Assembly: GCF_009914755.1 (NCBI RefSeq)
Contig: NC_060931.1
Length of the DNA stretch: 64,000 nt
Reading direction: 5' to 3' (one strand)
Origin: the human T2T-CHM13v2.0 reference genome, Homo sapiens
Made by a program: the position numbers and the translations under genes
The notes under the pieces: model-generated
What the model saw: only the letters and a program-made list of their open reading frames with translations
The model's database searches: none
What the model was told of the DNA's origin: nothing
Shown here: piece by piece, positions 1-11,871 of the stretch
Layout of the letters: every line of letters begins with the position of its first letter
Position numbering within the stretch: position 1 is the first letter of the stretch

Positions 1-96
1 TCCACGAGGCCTTCCTACAGCAGCTGGAGGAGTGAACGAGGCCAAATCCGGGGTGCCCTGGTGGGCAGAGAACACGTTTTCCTGCTTGTCTGCAGA

Positions 97-759
97 GGGC
101 AGCGGGTGGGACACTCCCAGCGGGGGGCAGTGGGTGCGGTGAAACATCCTGGGGGGGGGCGGAGGGAATGGGGGACAGTGTGTGGGGTGGAACGTTCCCA
201 GTAGTGGGGGCAGAGCAGTGGGTGGTGTGGGACGCTCCCAGCGTGGGTAGGGGGGCAGTGGGTGGGGTGGGACGTTCCCAGCTGTGGGGGTGGTTGGGGG
301 CAGTGGGGCAGTGGGTGAAGCAGGACGCTCCCAGCAGGGGGCAGTGTGTGGGGTGGGATGCTGGGGGGGTGGGCAGTGGGCGGGGTGGGATGTTTCTAGA
401 GGGGGGCAGTGGGTGGGGCGGGACATTCCTGGGGGGACAGTGGGTGGGGTGGGAGGCTCCTGGGGGGATAGTGGGTGGGGTGGGAGGCTCCTGGGGGTGG
501 GTAGTAGGCAGGGCGGGACATTCCTGGGGGGACAGTGGGCGGGGTGGGAGGCTCAGGTGGGGGAGGCAGTGGGTGGGGTGGGAGGCTCCTGGCGGGGTTA
601 GTGGGCAGGGTGGGAGGCTCCTGGGGGGGGTAGTGGGCGGGGCAGGATATTCCCAGTGGTGGGCGGTGGGTGGGGTGGGACATTTCCAGCGGGAGGCAGT
701 GTGTGGGGTGGGATGTTCCCGGCGGGAGGTCACTGGTCTGGGTGGGATGCTCCCAGCGG
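97..759. repeat. G-rich minisatellite, ~32-33 bp unit, ~20 diverged copies
   Basis: Recurrent unit like GGGGGCAGTGGGTGGGGTGGGA(CGTT/GGCT)CC(CAGC/TG); explains the Gly/Trp- and Pro/His-rich ORFs. Confidence 0.9.
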
Positions 760-1884
760 TCTTGCCAGGGACTCCATCCATGTTTCTTGATAGAAAGAAA
801 AGAAAAGGAACTGAGATGGTCTAAGTGACTTTGCACTTTCACCTCTTTCTATTTCACGGGGTCACAGGTCAGGCGTCCGCAGCTTGTCCCGGGGGTAGGT
901 GGAGGGCTCAACCTGTCCCTGCTCCTGGGGAGGGAACCCTTGTTGGGAACGTGGGGCCCCAGCTCCCCTCCTGCAGCCCATTGTGCCTCTCAGGCTTCCG
1001 GCAACCTGGTCCTCCTTGGTCCCCAGGGGGCTGACCTTGCCACTGAGTGGGGAAGCAGCTTCCGTCCCTCTTCAGCCCCTTCTCATCGACCCCTGGGGTC
1101 GATGCCGGAGAATCTACACCACGCAGGTGGCCCAGGACCCCTCTGCTGCCACCGGCTGACACCCTTAGAGTGTCGCAAACACCCTCCTCTGAAGTGGGGG
1201 CTCCCTGCTGCGCTGCAGGAAGAGGCTCCCCTCAGGGGTTCCTGCTCCTGGTGGCCTGGGACAGCTGTGCCTGAGCCAGAGCGGATGTCGGTGGGGAGTG
1301 GGCCCTGAGCCGTCCTGGGACCCGCCAGGACTGGAAGGGCAGTGGGGAGCACAGAGCAGACGCCTGCCCCACCCCTCCCCACATGGTCACTTTCTCTGGA
1401 AGCCCAGCCGGTCTCTGCAGGGAGCCCCGGCTCGGCAGTTCCAGCCTGGCTGGGAAAGCACAGTGTTGGGCCCGACTGCGTGTGGACACACCCTAAAAAA
1501 GGACACATTCCCACCCCCAGAGCCACTCACAGGGACAGGCCCTCCAGCTCTGCGGCGCTGCCTGTCCTTAGCGAGGCCTGGCCCCTTCCAGGCAAGGCAG
1601 GAGTGCTCTCCTCTCCATCGGTCGCCAGCCACTGCTCCAGGACTTTGCGGCTGGCTCTGTGTCCTCACCCTGCGTGAGGACAGCCGGCAGAGACAGAAAT
1701 GATGCTTGGACGCTATGGTGGCCAAAGCCCAGCGCGGCAGGTCCTTCTGAGATGTCTGCCTGCCGGGGCCTGCACGGCCACACAGATCAAACAACGTCCC
1801 TCCTTGAGGGGCTTAGAGGAGAGGTAGGGAGGTGGCCCCCAGCTTGCCCTCATGTAACCGTCAGCAATATCCATTTCAAGGCTT

Positions 1885-2090
1885 AATTGCTGAGAGCCTA
1901 AGCCCTGGAATCAGACAGCCGGAGGTGAACCCCGCCTTCCTCTCAGAGGGCGTCCTCAATTGGGTCCGTCCACCTTGCTGAGCACCAGCTTCCTGATCTG
2001 TGATATGGGAGATGGCTGGTGCGCAACTCACTGCTCACTGTGAGGACTCAGCCTAGAAGCAGATGTGCGGAGTGCCCAGGGTGTAGCAAG
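1885..2090 (+). mobile_element. MIR SINE fragment
   Basis: ccctggaatcagacagcc ... cagcttcctgatctgtgatatgggagatg ... tgtgaggactca resemble the MIR core. Confidence 0.55.
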
Positions 2091-2236
2091 GCCTCTGCTA
2101 AGTCCCTGCGTTTCACGCTCAGCCGTGCACACGTTCATCACTGTGCTCATGGCTCACCTGCAAGGGCCCTTCTTGCCTACTCCACCACTTCCAGGCCATT
2201 TTCTTAGATCATCATCATTCTTAAAGCTGAAAAAGA

Positions 2237-2420
2237 GGCCAGGTGCAGTGGCTCACGCCTGTAATCCCAGCACTTTGGGAGGCCAAGGCGGTGGGGTGGG
2301 GGGGATCACCTGAGGTTGGGAGTTTGAGACCAGCCTGACCAAAATGAAGAAACCCTATCTCTACAAAATTAGCCAGGTGTGGTGGAGCATGCCTGTAATC
2401 CCAGCTACTCATGAGGCTGA
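2237..2420 (+). mobile_element. 3'-truncated Alu (AluSp-like)
   Basis: Starts GGCCAGGTGCAGTGGCTCACGCCTGTAATCCCAGC; gaggttgggagtttgagaccagcctgacc; stops at GAGGCTGA in the right arm with no A-tail. Confidence 0.9.
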
Positions 2421-2580
2421 AAAGAAACATCCCTCCCAGGACGCTGTCTCTGCCTTCCCGAGTCCCAGCATGCTCCCTCTGCTGTGAACTCCTAGAGCAC
2501 CTACCATTTTGGAGCCTAGTGTGGCCCCTCAGATGTGGCCTCTCCTGGAGAGAGCTGTGTGCTCCTCTCTGTTCTAGGCT

Positions 2581-2661
2581 GACACTGTCCTCAGACAACC
2601 AAGGGCAGCTTCCAGCACAAGCTGTGTGTGACATGGAGGTTTCCTAGTAGCCATGTTGTTG

Positions 2662-2707
<46 letters not shown>

Positions 2708-2932
2708 AAAACAAAACACAGGTGCAATTCATTTTAATACTATATATTTGAAACTGAACAACCTAAAAGATTAGGTTTCAGCATAGAATTAACACCAAGA
2801 ACTCTCAGTGGTGGGGTCACATTCTTTTCCTAAGTCTTCAAAACCTAGAACGGCACATACCAGTTTGGGCTGGCCACCTTTCCAGGACTCAGGGACGACG
2901 GAGGCAGGTGGCAGCCACACTGGGTGCAGCTC
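2581..2932 (+). mobile_element. MER33-like hAT-Charlie DNA transposon with internal A40 tract
   Basis: ttcctagtagcca...aaagtaaaa...acaggtgcaattcattttaatactatatattt...ctaagtcttcaaaacc match the recalled MER33 consensus; poly(A) at 2667-2706. Confidence 0.7.
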
Positions 2933-5117
2933 GAGACCAGAGTGTTCTTGGGAAAGACAAAAATGAACTTTCACAGGATAATCTCACATGTAGGACCTGC
3001 AAGAACTTTTATGAAAATGGGACAGAGTACTCAGTAAGTTCTTTGTCATACTTTGCCATGATGCATACCAATTTGTGGCTGCCCTTGTCCTATTTTAGGT
3101 ATCATACTTTCTGGCACTGATTTTTCAGGAATGCCATTAAAAATCAGGTATGCATCAAATCCCTGTGTCTGCCCTGTCTGCTTTAGACAGTCCTGCCTTG
3201 GCTCCCAGTAACTTAAAGACTTGCTCCATCATTGGCCTGTTCCACGACACATGCAATAGTTTCCTGAGCTTTTAAAACACCAGAGCTGCCACTCAGTCCA
3301 CAAATGTTATCCAAGTGTGCAGGAGACCACAGGGAATGACAAACGGGAGATTCCTTCTTCTCCCCAGGAACTTATATGAGCAAAATGGATGCCCACTCAT
3401 TCCAGCGAACTGTGTATCATTTCCAAGTGGCAAAGGTTCTACCTGCTCTTCTTTAAACTCTGGAGCATTTTAAAGCAGTCCAAGGAGCATAGCAGAGGCC
3501 TTTCTCAGTGGAATGTACAAACACGTTCTGCAGAAGAGGCTGGTTTGCAAATGAACCTCAGCATCTTTCAGTTCCATGTTAGTTTATTTTAAGTCTTAAA
3601 GAAAGACACAGCAAACTAGTTTTTCAGGTCTCCTGAGGGGATTTCAAAGGCAAAAATCCTGAATTGCTCCATAGAGTAGAGTCTGGTTGAGTTGTAAATT
3701 GTTGGTTATACCAGAGGCATTAGAACACATCTATAAACTCATGTCAAAAAATAATATCTCACCAAGGAAGACTCTGATATTAGGAACATTAAATAATCCA
3801 CAGTTATGAATGATTTGGTTCTTTCCTATTGATACGTACATTTGCACCTCTTAGTCATAAACATTGTCAACATGTTCCTTCGGTGAACATCATTTAGACT
3901 CATGCTCTTTGATAATGTTTTTAAAAACACACAGGTCCTTCTTTAACAACACCGGATATTGCTGTGTTTGATTGCTGTCTGAAAGCTTAAGGCATTTTTA
4001 TAATGAAAGAGTTATGCTTTCAAAAATCCCCCAAATTATAAATAGAGCATCCTGCCTCCTGCTTTGCCACAGAAGGTAAGGCAGATGCCTCACCTCAACA
4101 CACCCCTGACAGCAGCCGCCACCAGGCCTGGTGGACTGCATTGCTAGGGCAGAGAAAGATGGAAAAATTTTAGGATGAGAGTTACGGAATAAGGTGGTCC
4201 GCGTTGACCAGCAAAGAGAAAGCCTGTACCTGGCGGACCCAAGCACACAGCCACCTGAAAGGTACTCTCAGTCACAGAGAAGTGATCCTGCAGGCAGCAC
4301 ACTGTTGGGAATATCCCTTCTGTCCTCTTGCTGCCTGAGTGAAGGCTTGCTGAGCAAATGTCTGATGAGCCCATAGCTCTCTAGGAGAGAAGTGACCTGG
4401 GTACCTAGGAAGGGACTCAACTCCCTTTCATCATTGATATTGAACTGGTTCTTGGCTCATTCGTTCCCTAAAGTTCAAGACCTGGAATGTGTTACCTAGA
4501 GTTCTGCAGCTTGCCAAGAAGGTGAGAGAACAAAGCCTCTCTGTCTCCTCCCCAAGGGCCAGGCTGTCCCCACAGTGATTGTCCTGCTCTGAACTGTCAA
4601 AAGTAGACTGCAGCCTCTGGAATTTCCTTGGTTCTCCAAGATAGGTGTGAGATTGGGTGAGACATCAAGATCAACGGGACATTTGGGCCTCCGAGAGGAG
4701 AATAGGGCAATCTGAGGAGACGGGCACGGCAGGGCTGAGGCTGGAGGAAGTGAGAGGAAGTGAGAGAGGGAAAGGAAAAGAGAATGGAAAGTGAGCAGTG
4801 AAAAGCCTTGAAGCTGCTGCCGCGTCTCCTCTGGGAGGCCTGACTGGCCCGTGCTGCCGGCCCAACACGCTCCATCCCTCTGAGCTGAGGCTGGGCCAGG
4901 CCAGGCCATTTTGTGTTGTCCTAGACCAGCACGGTGGTGGCTCTGAATGCCAGTGCCCTCCAGAGACAGGGCCAACCCGGCTTTCGGATTTGAGGAAAGA
5001 GCAAAGTCCTGGCTTTGCTCTGTCCAGGTCCTGTTGCCCCTTTCACAGAACACACAGCCCGAAGCTTCCAGCCCCTCTCTCTTGACCTCCAGTTTCCTCT
5101 CTCTCCCTCTCATTTTT

Positions 5118-5191
5118 ACGTGTGTGTCTGTGTTGAGCGTGTATGTGTGTGTCTGTGTGTTGAACGTGCATGTGGGTGTGCAAGTGTGTGT
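5118..5191. repeat. degenerate (TG)n tract
   Basis: Interrupted GT dinucleotide runs. Confidence 0.8.
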
Positions 5192-7041
5192 CCACTCCCG
5201 AGGGGGCAAACTCACCTCTGCTAGGGGCAACTCTGTCCCCAGCCCTCAGGAGTGCCTGGCTCATGTGAGAGGCTCAGGGCGCATGTGCTGAACGGGTGAC
5301 AGCTGCTGGGTGGTTCTCGACAGTGAAGGGTGAGGCCAGGGCTCCACATAACGCAGTCGGCTGAGACCTTCTCCAAGGCATGTGGGATCCCAGGGTCTTC
5401 AACGTGGTGGGCACTCCATAAACCTCGTCACGGACCAGCGAGCCTGTGAGCTGTTGACTCCAAGAGGTATCCCTGCTTCAGCTCGTCTTTCCTGCCCTGC
5501 TGCTGAAGACACTCGCACTGCTGTTCAGCTTCCAGAGGACCCCAGGTGCAGGGCTTCCTACAGCCATCCATGCTGAGCCCAACACCCCAGGGCTGCGTGG
5601 TGGGCAGCAAGGGCTATTTCCAGAAGGCCCTTCTGCTAGGGATGCTCTCCTCCTGCCAGAATCCTGACAGCGTGCACCTGCCAGCCCCGGGAAGGGGCTG
5701 AGATGTCAGCAGAACACCCTCAATGCACGGCCAGCTTTGAGTTTGTTGGAACATGGAGGTGGAAACAGAGAGGGCTGGCAGAGAAAGGGGCTACAGAGGA
5801 GCAAAGGGCAGAGGCCGGGCACCTGGGAGGGGGCAGGGTTCCCATCCAGCCCAGCTGGGCCACACAGCACGGGGAGCAGAAGGAGAAGAACGGGACAGAA
5901 CACTTGAGGCGTGGCCTACGCCGCTCTGGATTGCCGGCTCACAGGTCGGGGGTCAGAACCCAGGCTCTCTGGCATGATAAACAGGAGTTTACAGAAATCG
6001 GAGAAGAATGGGGGCATGAACAAACCCACTCAGGCGGGCCTTCGCCACGCTGTCCTGGAGGCAGTGGGGGCTGGGGCCCCAAGACGCTGCCCAGATCAGA
6101 TAGGCTATATCGGCCATCGTGGATGTGGCTAAATTCCCTCTCTTGGCGTTGAAGGGAAGAAATAATCCCTCAAACCACAGTGAAATCTTGAACATCCAAG
6201 AAACACCCTCAGCAGTTCTCTACCTACCAGAGCACATTTCCCTGAGGTGGGTGGGTGTGGAGAGAGTCAGGGGCTGCTTTGGGGCATCGCCTACTATACG
6301 GAAGCTGGGCCCGGTTCTGGCTCCAGTGGTGCAGGGGCCCTGGGTGCTCAGATGGAAGGGCCTGAGCCAAGTGCTGGGCAGCAGATCTTTCATCTGCTCC
6401 TCTCAACAGCCCTGCCCCTGGGGACCACATCCCGCACAGCCATAGAGACAGGAACTGGAGACTGGCTACAGCTACTCGGTGAGCCCTGAGCCTGAGCTGT
6501 GTCAGGCCTTTCCCAATCCACGTGGCACCACTCCATGGACCAGCTGAGGCCTTGAACATCCTCACCGCCGAGGCATCGAAGGGAGTGTAGCTATGGGGGT
6601 GCGGGTGACCCTTCTGTGCCTCCGCACCAATGGAACTCCCTTCCTGCGTGGTTCTCAGCCCCTGAATGACTGCTGTCCCCAGCCCCTGCCCTCTAATCTC
6701 AGACACACACTCTATTGCCCAAGGTGGGCAGTGCTGGGCCCCCGCCACAACGCCTGTCTGTCAGTCTTCAACCTGTTTCCCCATTCCTGTTCTTTTTGTT
6801 GACTCTGTCTGGTGGGCCCCGGGGGAGTGGGGGTAGAAATCCTGCATGGCTGAGAGTTTCTGGGCCCACAATGGGCGGCCTGCTGTTCCATGAATTTTCA
6901 ACTTTCACCCACACAGACTCAGGCAAATATTGTACATCATGGCAAATGAATGGGCATCCCACTGAAGCTTAATAAATCAGTTCTGCCAAACTGCCACCTC
7001 CCAATAAAAGTCAGTCATTGCCAAATTTCAGTGCTCTAGTC

Positions 7042-7242
7042 CAGGAATTGGATGGTGTTTTCTCTAGAGGGCCAGATAGAAATGCTTAAGGCACTACAGG
7101 CCATACAGTCTCCATCAACTCTGCATGGTGGCATGGAGATAATGTATAAGTGAATGAGGGTGGCTGTGTTCCAATAAAACTTTATTTACAAAGATAGATG
7201 GGGGGCCGGATGCAGCCTTCAGGCTGTAGTTTGCTGACTCTG
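7042..7242 (+). mobile_element. MER58A-like hAT-Charlie DNA transposon
   Basis: gggccagatag ... gtggctgtgttccaataaaactttatttacaaa ... ggctgtagtttgctgactctg. Confidence 0.8.
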
Positions 7243-7574
7243 TGTTCTTTCCTGCATCTGGTCAACATGGGGTGTGTCGAGGACCTCCAAGGTCACTTAC
7301 CCCACCCCTTCCTTTCATAGAGAAATGAAGTAATCTTCCCATGCCACATGAGTTTGTGAATAGCTGAGCTGGGTCTTGGGTCCCTGTCCACACCTCTGCT
7401 CGGTCACTTTATCCTTTCCTCCTCTTGCCATTGGTGAGCTCGCTCCCAGGACAGTCAGAGTGGCTGTGTTCCAATGGCCTGGGCTAAGGGATAGGGGACA
7501 TATATGTCACCCTGGAGTGGCCCTGGCCTGCATTCTGGCTGGAAGGTCCGCATTGCACACCCTCCCTACAGGCT

Positions 7575-7931
7575 CAGCTTGTGCCGTGGCCGCAGAGTCA
7601 TAAGCTGCAGCCCAGACCACAAGTCCCTCAGAAGGTGGCTGCATTTGGAAATGGGGTCTAGACAGAGGGAATCAGTGAGGTCACTAGGGTGGCCCTTGTT
7701 CAACGTGACTGATGAGGAGAGGATATCAGGACACAGACTCGCACAGAGAGGCTGTGTGAGGATGCAGGGAGAAGACAGCCATCTACAAGCCAACGAGAGA
7801 GGCCCCAAGAGGAACCAATCCTGCTGACATCTTGATCTTGGGCTTCAAGGCTCCAGAACTGTGAGAAATAAATTTCTGTTGTTCAAGCCCCAGCCTGTGC
7901 ACTTTGTTATGGCAGCCCCAGGGGGACTCAC
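7575..7931 (+). mobile_element. MLT1B-like ERVL-MaLR solo LTR
   Basis: gaagacagccatctacaagcca...gaaccaatcctgctgacatcttgatcttgg...ccagaactgtgagaaataaatttctgttgttcaagcc...ttgttatggcagccc; 5' boundary approximate. Confidence 0.8.
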
Positions 7932-9407
7932 AGCGTGTCTGCAAGGAAGGGATTGCATTGGCGACGTTCCTAAGAGGAAGTGAGGCCCAGGTCTCCACCT
8001 CACTGGCTAGGACATCACCTTGGCTCTTCCTCGGGCCGCAGTCTTCACACCCTCCCTCTGCAAGCTGCACTGGGAAGTCCATTTCATGTTCAAAGATACG
8101 GGGTCAGAGTCTGGAGATCGAACGCTGAGGGTAATGTTAAGGGGCCTGCAGAGCTGTGGCCAGGAGGAGGGGGCCTTGAATGAGGTGGGTCGTCTCCACA
8201 CTTTGGGAGCCATAGAAATGCTCAAAGGCTAAGGTGGCTGCAGGGCCCTTCCTGAGGTTAAATCCTCTCAAAGCAAGAGTGGTCCCACATCAGGACTCCG
8301 GAGGGCTCCAGGAAATACCGGCCTCATGGCAATCCAACAGCAACAATCCTCATTTATCGAACAGAGCAGGAAATACTTCAGGCCTCCTGGAGGAGAGCTA
8401 CTAAATTAAAATAAGTGGCCAGAATGTCCTTGAAGACTTTAATCTTTCTAATTTTTTCCTATATCTTCTAAGATTATTTTCGTTCTGAAATGAATCGGGA
8501 ATGACACCAATTGGCAGGAATTTCTTATCCCCCACCCCAAGATACACAGACCCAGATTGACAATGTCTCTTTAAGACTCCAACCCCAAATTTTGCTCTCG
8601 TGGTTTTCAAAATAAAAACATGTGATCAGTCCTTTTTATTGAAAAGAAATTTTTTAGGAAGACTAAGAAATATTACACTCGATTAGGTCTGTCTCTGCCC
8701 AGAATTGGAAGAGAAATGGTGAAACAAATTATTTTCCCCTACAGAAAAAACATTGCCAGAGGGAGAAAAATAAAATGATTTGACAGGTGCAAGGAGCCCC
8801 GAGGTGTGGGCTCGTGAGGCTCGTCCCCGTGGTGCAGCGCAGACCTGAGAATGAATAAAAATCTTTCCTAAGCACTCCAGGATGCTCTGTGTACGCGTGT
8901 CAGAGACAATGCGGACCGGCTCGAGGGGCCTCCGCGTCGTGGCCTCGTGCCAGCCTCACCACAGCTGTGTGGTACATAAGAATCACAGCAGCTGTATTTA
9001 AACTAGAAATTAAATCTCCTTTTATTTAATGTGCACAGTCTTTTTAGTTATCAAAAGGAAACATTAGCAATTAGGGAATGTGTATCTCGTGGATGGCGTT
9101 GGATTTGCTGTTTTTGTTTTGGATGTCTATGATGTCTAATTCTAAGGCAGGATGACGGCGGCGGCCAGGTCTCTTGAAAGAGGGAGCTTTTCACTACCTT
9201 TTCCTTTGTCAGCAGACAGGGAATTTCAGACGTGCCCTTCTCCCCACTTTGGGAGAGGGCTGGGGAACCACAGGACTTTTATTCTTTATTGCGTTTGGTT
9301 TTGATTTGGATGCTGAAGTCGGGGAAGAGGGAGAAGTGGGTAGGGAAGAGGAGAGAAGAAAGAAGGGGAAAGTGAGGAGAGGGAAGAAGAGAAGAAAAGA
9401 GAAAAGT

Positions 9408-9535
9408 ATTCGGGTGATGAGTGAACCAAAATCTCAGAGATCACTGAAAACTTACTGATGTAGCCAAACACCACCTGTTCCCAAAAACCTACTCAAATAA
9501 AACATTTAAAATTAAAAAATAAAAAGGAAAAAAAT
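9408..9535 (+). mobile_element. severely 5'-truncated L1 (L1PB/L1MA-type 3' end) with A-rich tail and 13-bp TSD
   Basis: gggtgatgagtgaaccaaaatctcagagatcact...ccaaacaccacctgttcccaaaaaccta; flanked by AAAAGAGAAAAGT at 9395-9407 and 9536-9548. Confidence 0.85.
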
Positions 9536-9632
9536 AAAAGAGAAAAGTGAAAGAGGAAGAGGAAGAAGAAAAGCAGAAGAATGCACACGCTGCACACTCA
9601 GACACACGGAGGCTGAGAAGATCCACGCTTAC

Positions 9633-9728
9633 ATTGCGTGGGGACGGGGAAGGAGCAGGCCTCTCCGGGGACATCTCTGCAGCCTCTGCAAGGCCATCCT
9701 GCTCCGGAGGGTGACTGTTAGCATGAGC
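9633..9728 (-). other. candidate 96-nt internal exon of an unidentified transcript
   Basis: Minus strand: CTGTCTTCCTGCCTCCCTGTCACCGCAG|GCTCAT...CGCAAT|GTAAGC; 32 open codons in phase 0 (AHANSHPPEQDGLAEAAEMSPERPAPSPSPRN); peptide not recognised. Confidence 0.35.
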
Positions 9729-11169
9729 CTGCGGTGACAGGGAGGCAGGAAGACAGCGCTCCCCTGCTAAGCTTTGGCACATTCTCCCCACCAGCCAGGC
9801 TGGAGTTCGTATAGAAGGGAGAGGCGGGATCGGGGGCGAGGAAGGGAGGGCGTGAGAGTGAAGGCAGAGGAAGGAGAGAGGAGGTGAAGGCTGGGAGGGA
9901 AAACCGAGGTGGCAGCATCTTCTTAAAAGCTGAACTTGAAATTCTCAAAAAGAAAACTAAAGGGGCACCTTCCTTCCTTGCTGTCTGTTGAAATCTGGCC
10001 CCTAGTGTTGCTGACGATGGCGGGAGCATGTCGTGGACCCGAGGCAGCCACAGGCTTTCCTGATGATTCATGATAATGGTAATCATTTCTTCCATAGCAT
10101 CTCCCTTTGCACTAAAGTGTGCTCACTGCATTCGTCAATAGACCTTTATTTAAACCTCGTGGCAGGACAGCTCAGGCCTCCACTCCGTGCAGGAGGAATC
10201 CAGGCCCAGGCCCAGTCCTCCTCAGGGCCACGGAGGCACTCTACGTCTTTCAGGAGGAAAACTGATACAGATCATTCTCATAAAGTCCATGCAGGCCCTG
10301 AGGTTACCACAGAGGGGCCGCTGCACCCTTTGGCATCATTAGAGCCCAGAGTCAGGGCCCTTGCCAGGAATAAGAGCCGCACAGAGGCCGGGGCAGCAGG
10401 GCAGGCGGGGGAAGAAGTGGCACAGGCTCCTTTCTCCGCCGCCCCACAGGTTTCCACCTGTGCCTCCTGTTGGCCAAAGCTACAGAGGAGCCGGAGGTCA
10501 AAGGCATCCGGGAAAATGTAGGGCCCTGTGGCGTACCCCACAGCGGAAAAGGGGGACCATGGATCTGAGAGCAACAGGAAGCTGCTTGGGGCCCAGAGGA
10601 GCAGAGACGGGGAGTCGGATGTTGCCCGGAGCTCCCAGCTGGCAGATCGAAGGCTCTCCAGCCTGTGTGACGTGTCTCCCGTGTGTTCTCCAGTCCTGGC
10701 AAGGGACTCTGGCAACGTCAGCACCAGAAGAGATGGGAAGCCTTCCAGCCCTGCTTGGGCAGGTTGAGTAGCTACAGCCCAATAGGAGCAGAACATTCTC
10801 GAGACACATCAGAGATGGCAGGAGCTGTTCCTGGGGATCTGCAGGGTCGCTGGGGTAGAGGGCAGGCCAGAGGTGGGCATGGGAACTGCCTTCCTGTCAT
10901 CTTGAGCCTTGCTGGCTCCCAAATGAAACTTCCAACGCCCTAAGACTCCAGGACCTGTCCCCGAGTGATGGAGAAACCTGGCCAGAGGTGACATGTAGGC
11001 GAGGATGTCTTTAAGGCCCCAGGTTTAGACTTTTTAAAGTGGAGAACAGCTGACAGTGGTGCATACCAATTTCAGCAGTGTTCTCATTGGTAGTAAGGCT
11101 CACAGAATTGCCCTCGCAGGACTGTCCTCAGAAACACTGTTTACAGCCATGAGCCACAGTTCATCCCAA

Positions 11170-11400
11170 ATAAAGTCACCCAACTCATCCCCCAGCCATA
11201 TTCCTGAGTGATTTTTACTATTTCCAAAAATTAAACCTAGACTTAAAGGATCAATACTTGCTGCTGTGAAAATATTCAAATGCTATGCTGTACACATTGA
11301 AGCCGCGCTGTAAAAGGACTCCCCAAAGTATTGTGAGTGAAGACAGCCACATTCAAAAGAGACAGCAGGTTCTCAGCAGACCCTTCCCGGGGGATGTGCT
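11170..11400 (+). mobile_element. mariner-derived fragment (MARNA-like)
   Basis: ccatattc...gatttttactatttccaaaaattaaacctagacttaaaggatca...atattcaaa resembles the region encoding the mariner transposase C-terminus (..DFxLFPKIK..LKG). Confidence 0.6.
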
Positions 11401-11817
11401 ACACACGCGTTCTTGTCATCACAGTCTCACCTCGCTGCACAGACCTGTGGAACTGGCCACCTTGGGGTTGCTACGAGCCACTGGACTCGTCTAAATGACC
11501 AGGAGATGCCGAGGCTCAGGCAGGCAGCCCAGTGTGCTCAGGAGACTCTCCTGGGGTGGAGACAGCACTGCTTAGTTTTGGAAGACGTCCATGCCAGGTG
11601 AAGACAAGGGGAGGAGGAAACTCTGACGGAGAAGCACATAGAAGGGCCAGATGTATTTGAGAGGCCTGAGGTGGAAAGCACAAGGTGATTCGAGACGCCC
11701 AGGGTAGAGAGGGAATCAGGTGAGAGATATCAAGAATTGTGACATGTGCCATAACAGTTCTTGATGTCTCTAACCTGATTCCCTCTCTGCCCTGACCATT
11801 CTTAGAATAAAAGTTGA

Positions 11818-11871
11818 TGAAAATAAGATATAAAATAAAATAATAAAATAAAATAGTAAAATAAAACAAAA
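11818..11871. repeat. (TAAAA)n microsatellite
   Basis: Interrupted TAAAA repeats. Confidence 0.85.

Noticed and set aside
168-842. 218-aa Gly/Trp-rich and 148-aa Pro/His-rich ORFs
   Set aside because: Translation artefacts of the G-rich minisatellite.
4071-4082. Isolated strong splice donors/acceptors (4076, 31559, 36200, 42330)
   Set aside because: No convincing partner site or reading frame; such matches are common by chance.
4496-5230. Longest ORF (244 aa, minus strand)
   Set aside because: Spans TG- and GA-rich low-complexity DNA; no recognisable domain or exon structure.
9995-10015. CTCF-like site (ACACTAGGGGCCAG, minus strand)
   Set aside because: Mismatches at two normally conserved core positions; too weak without ChIP data.
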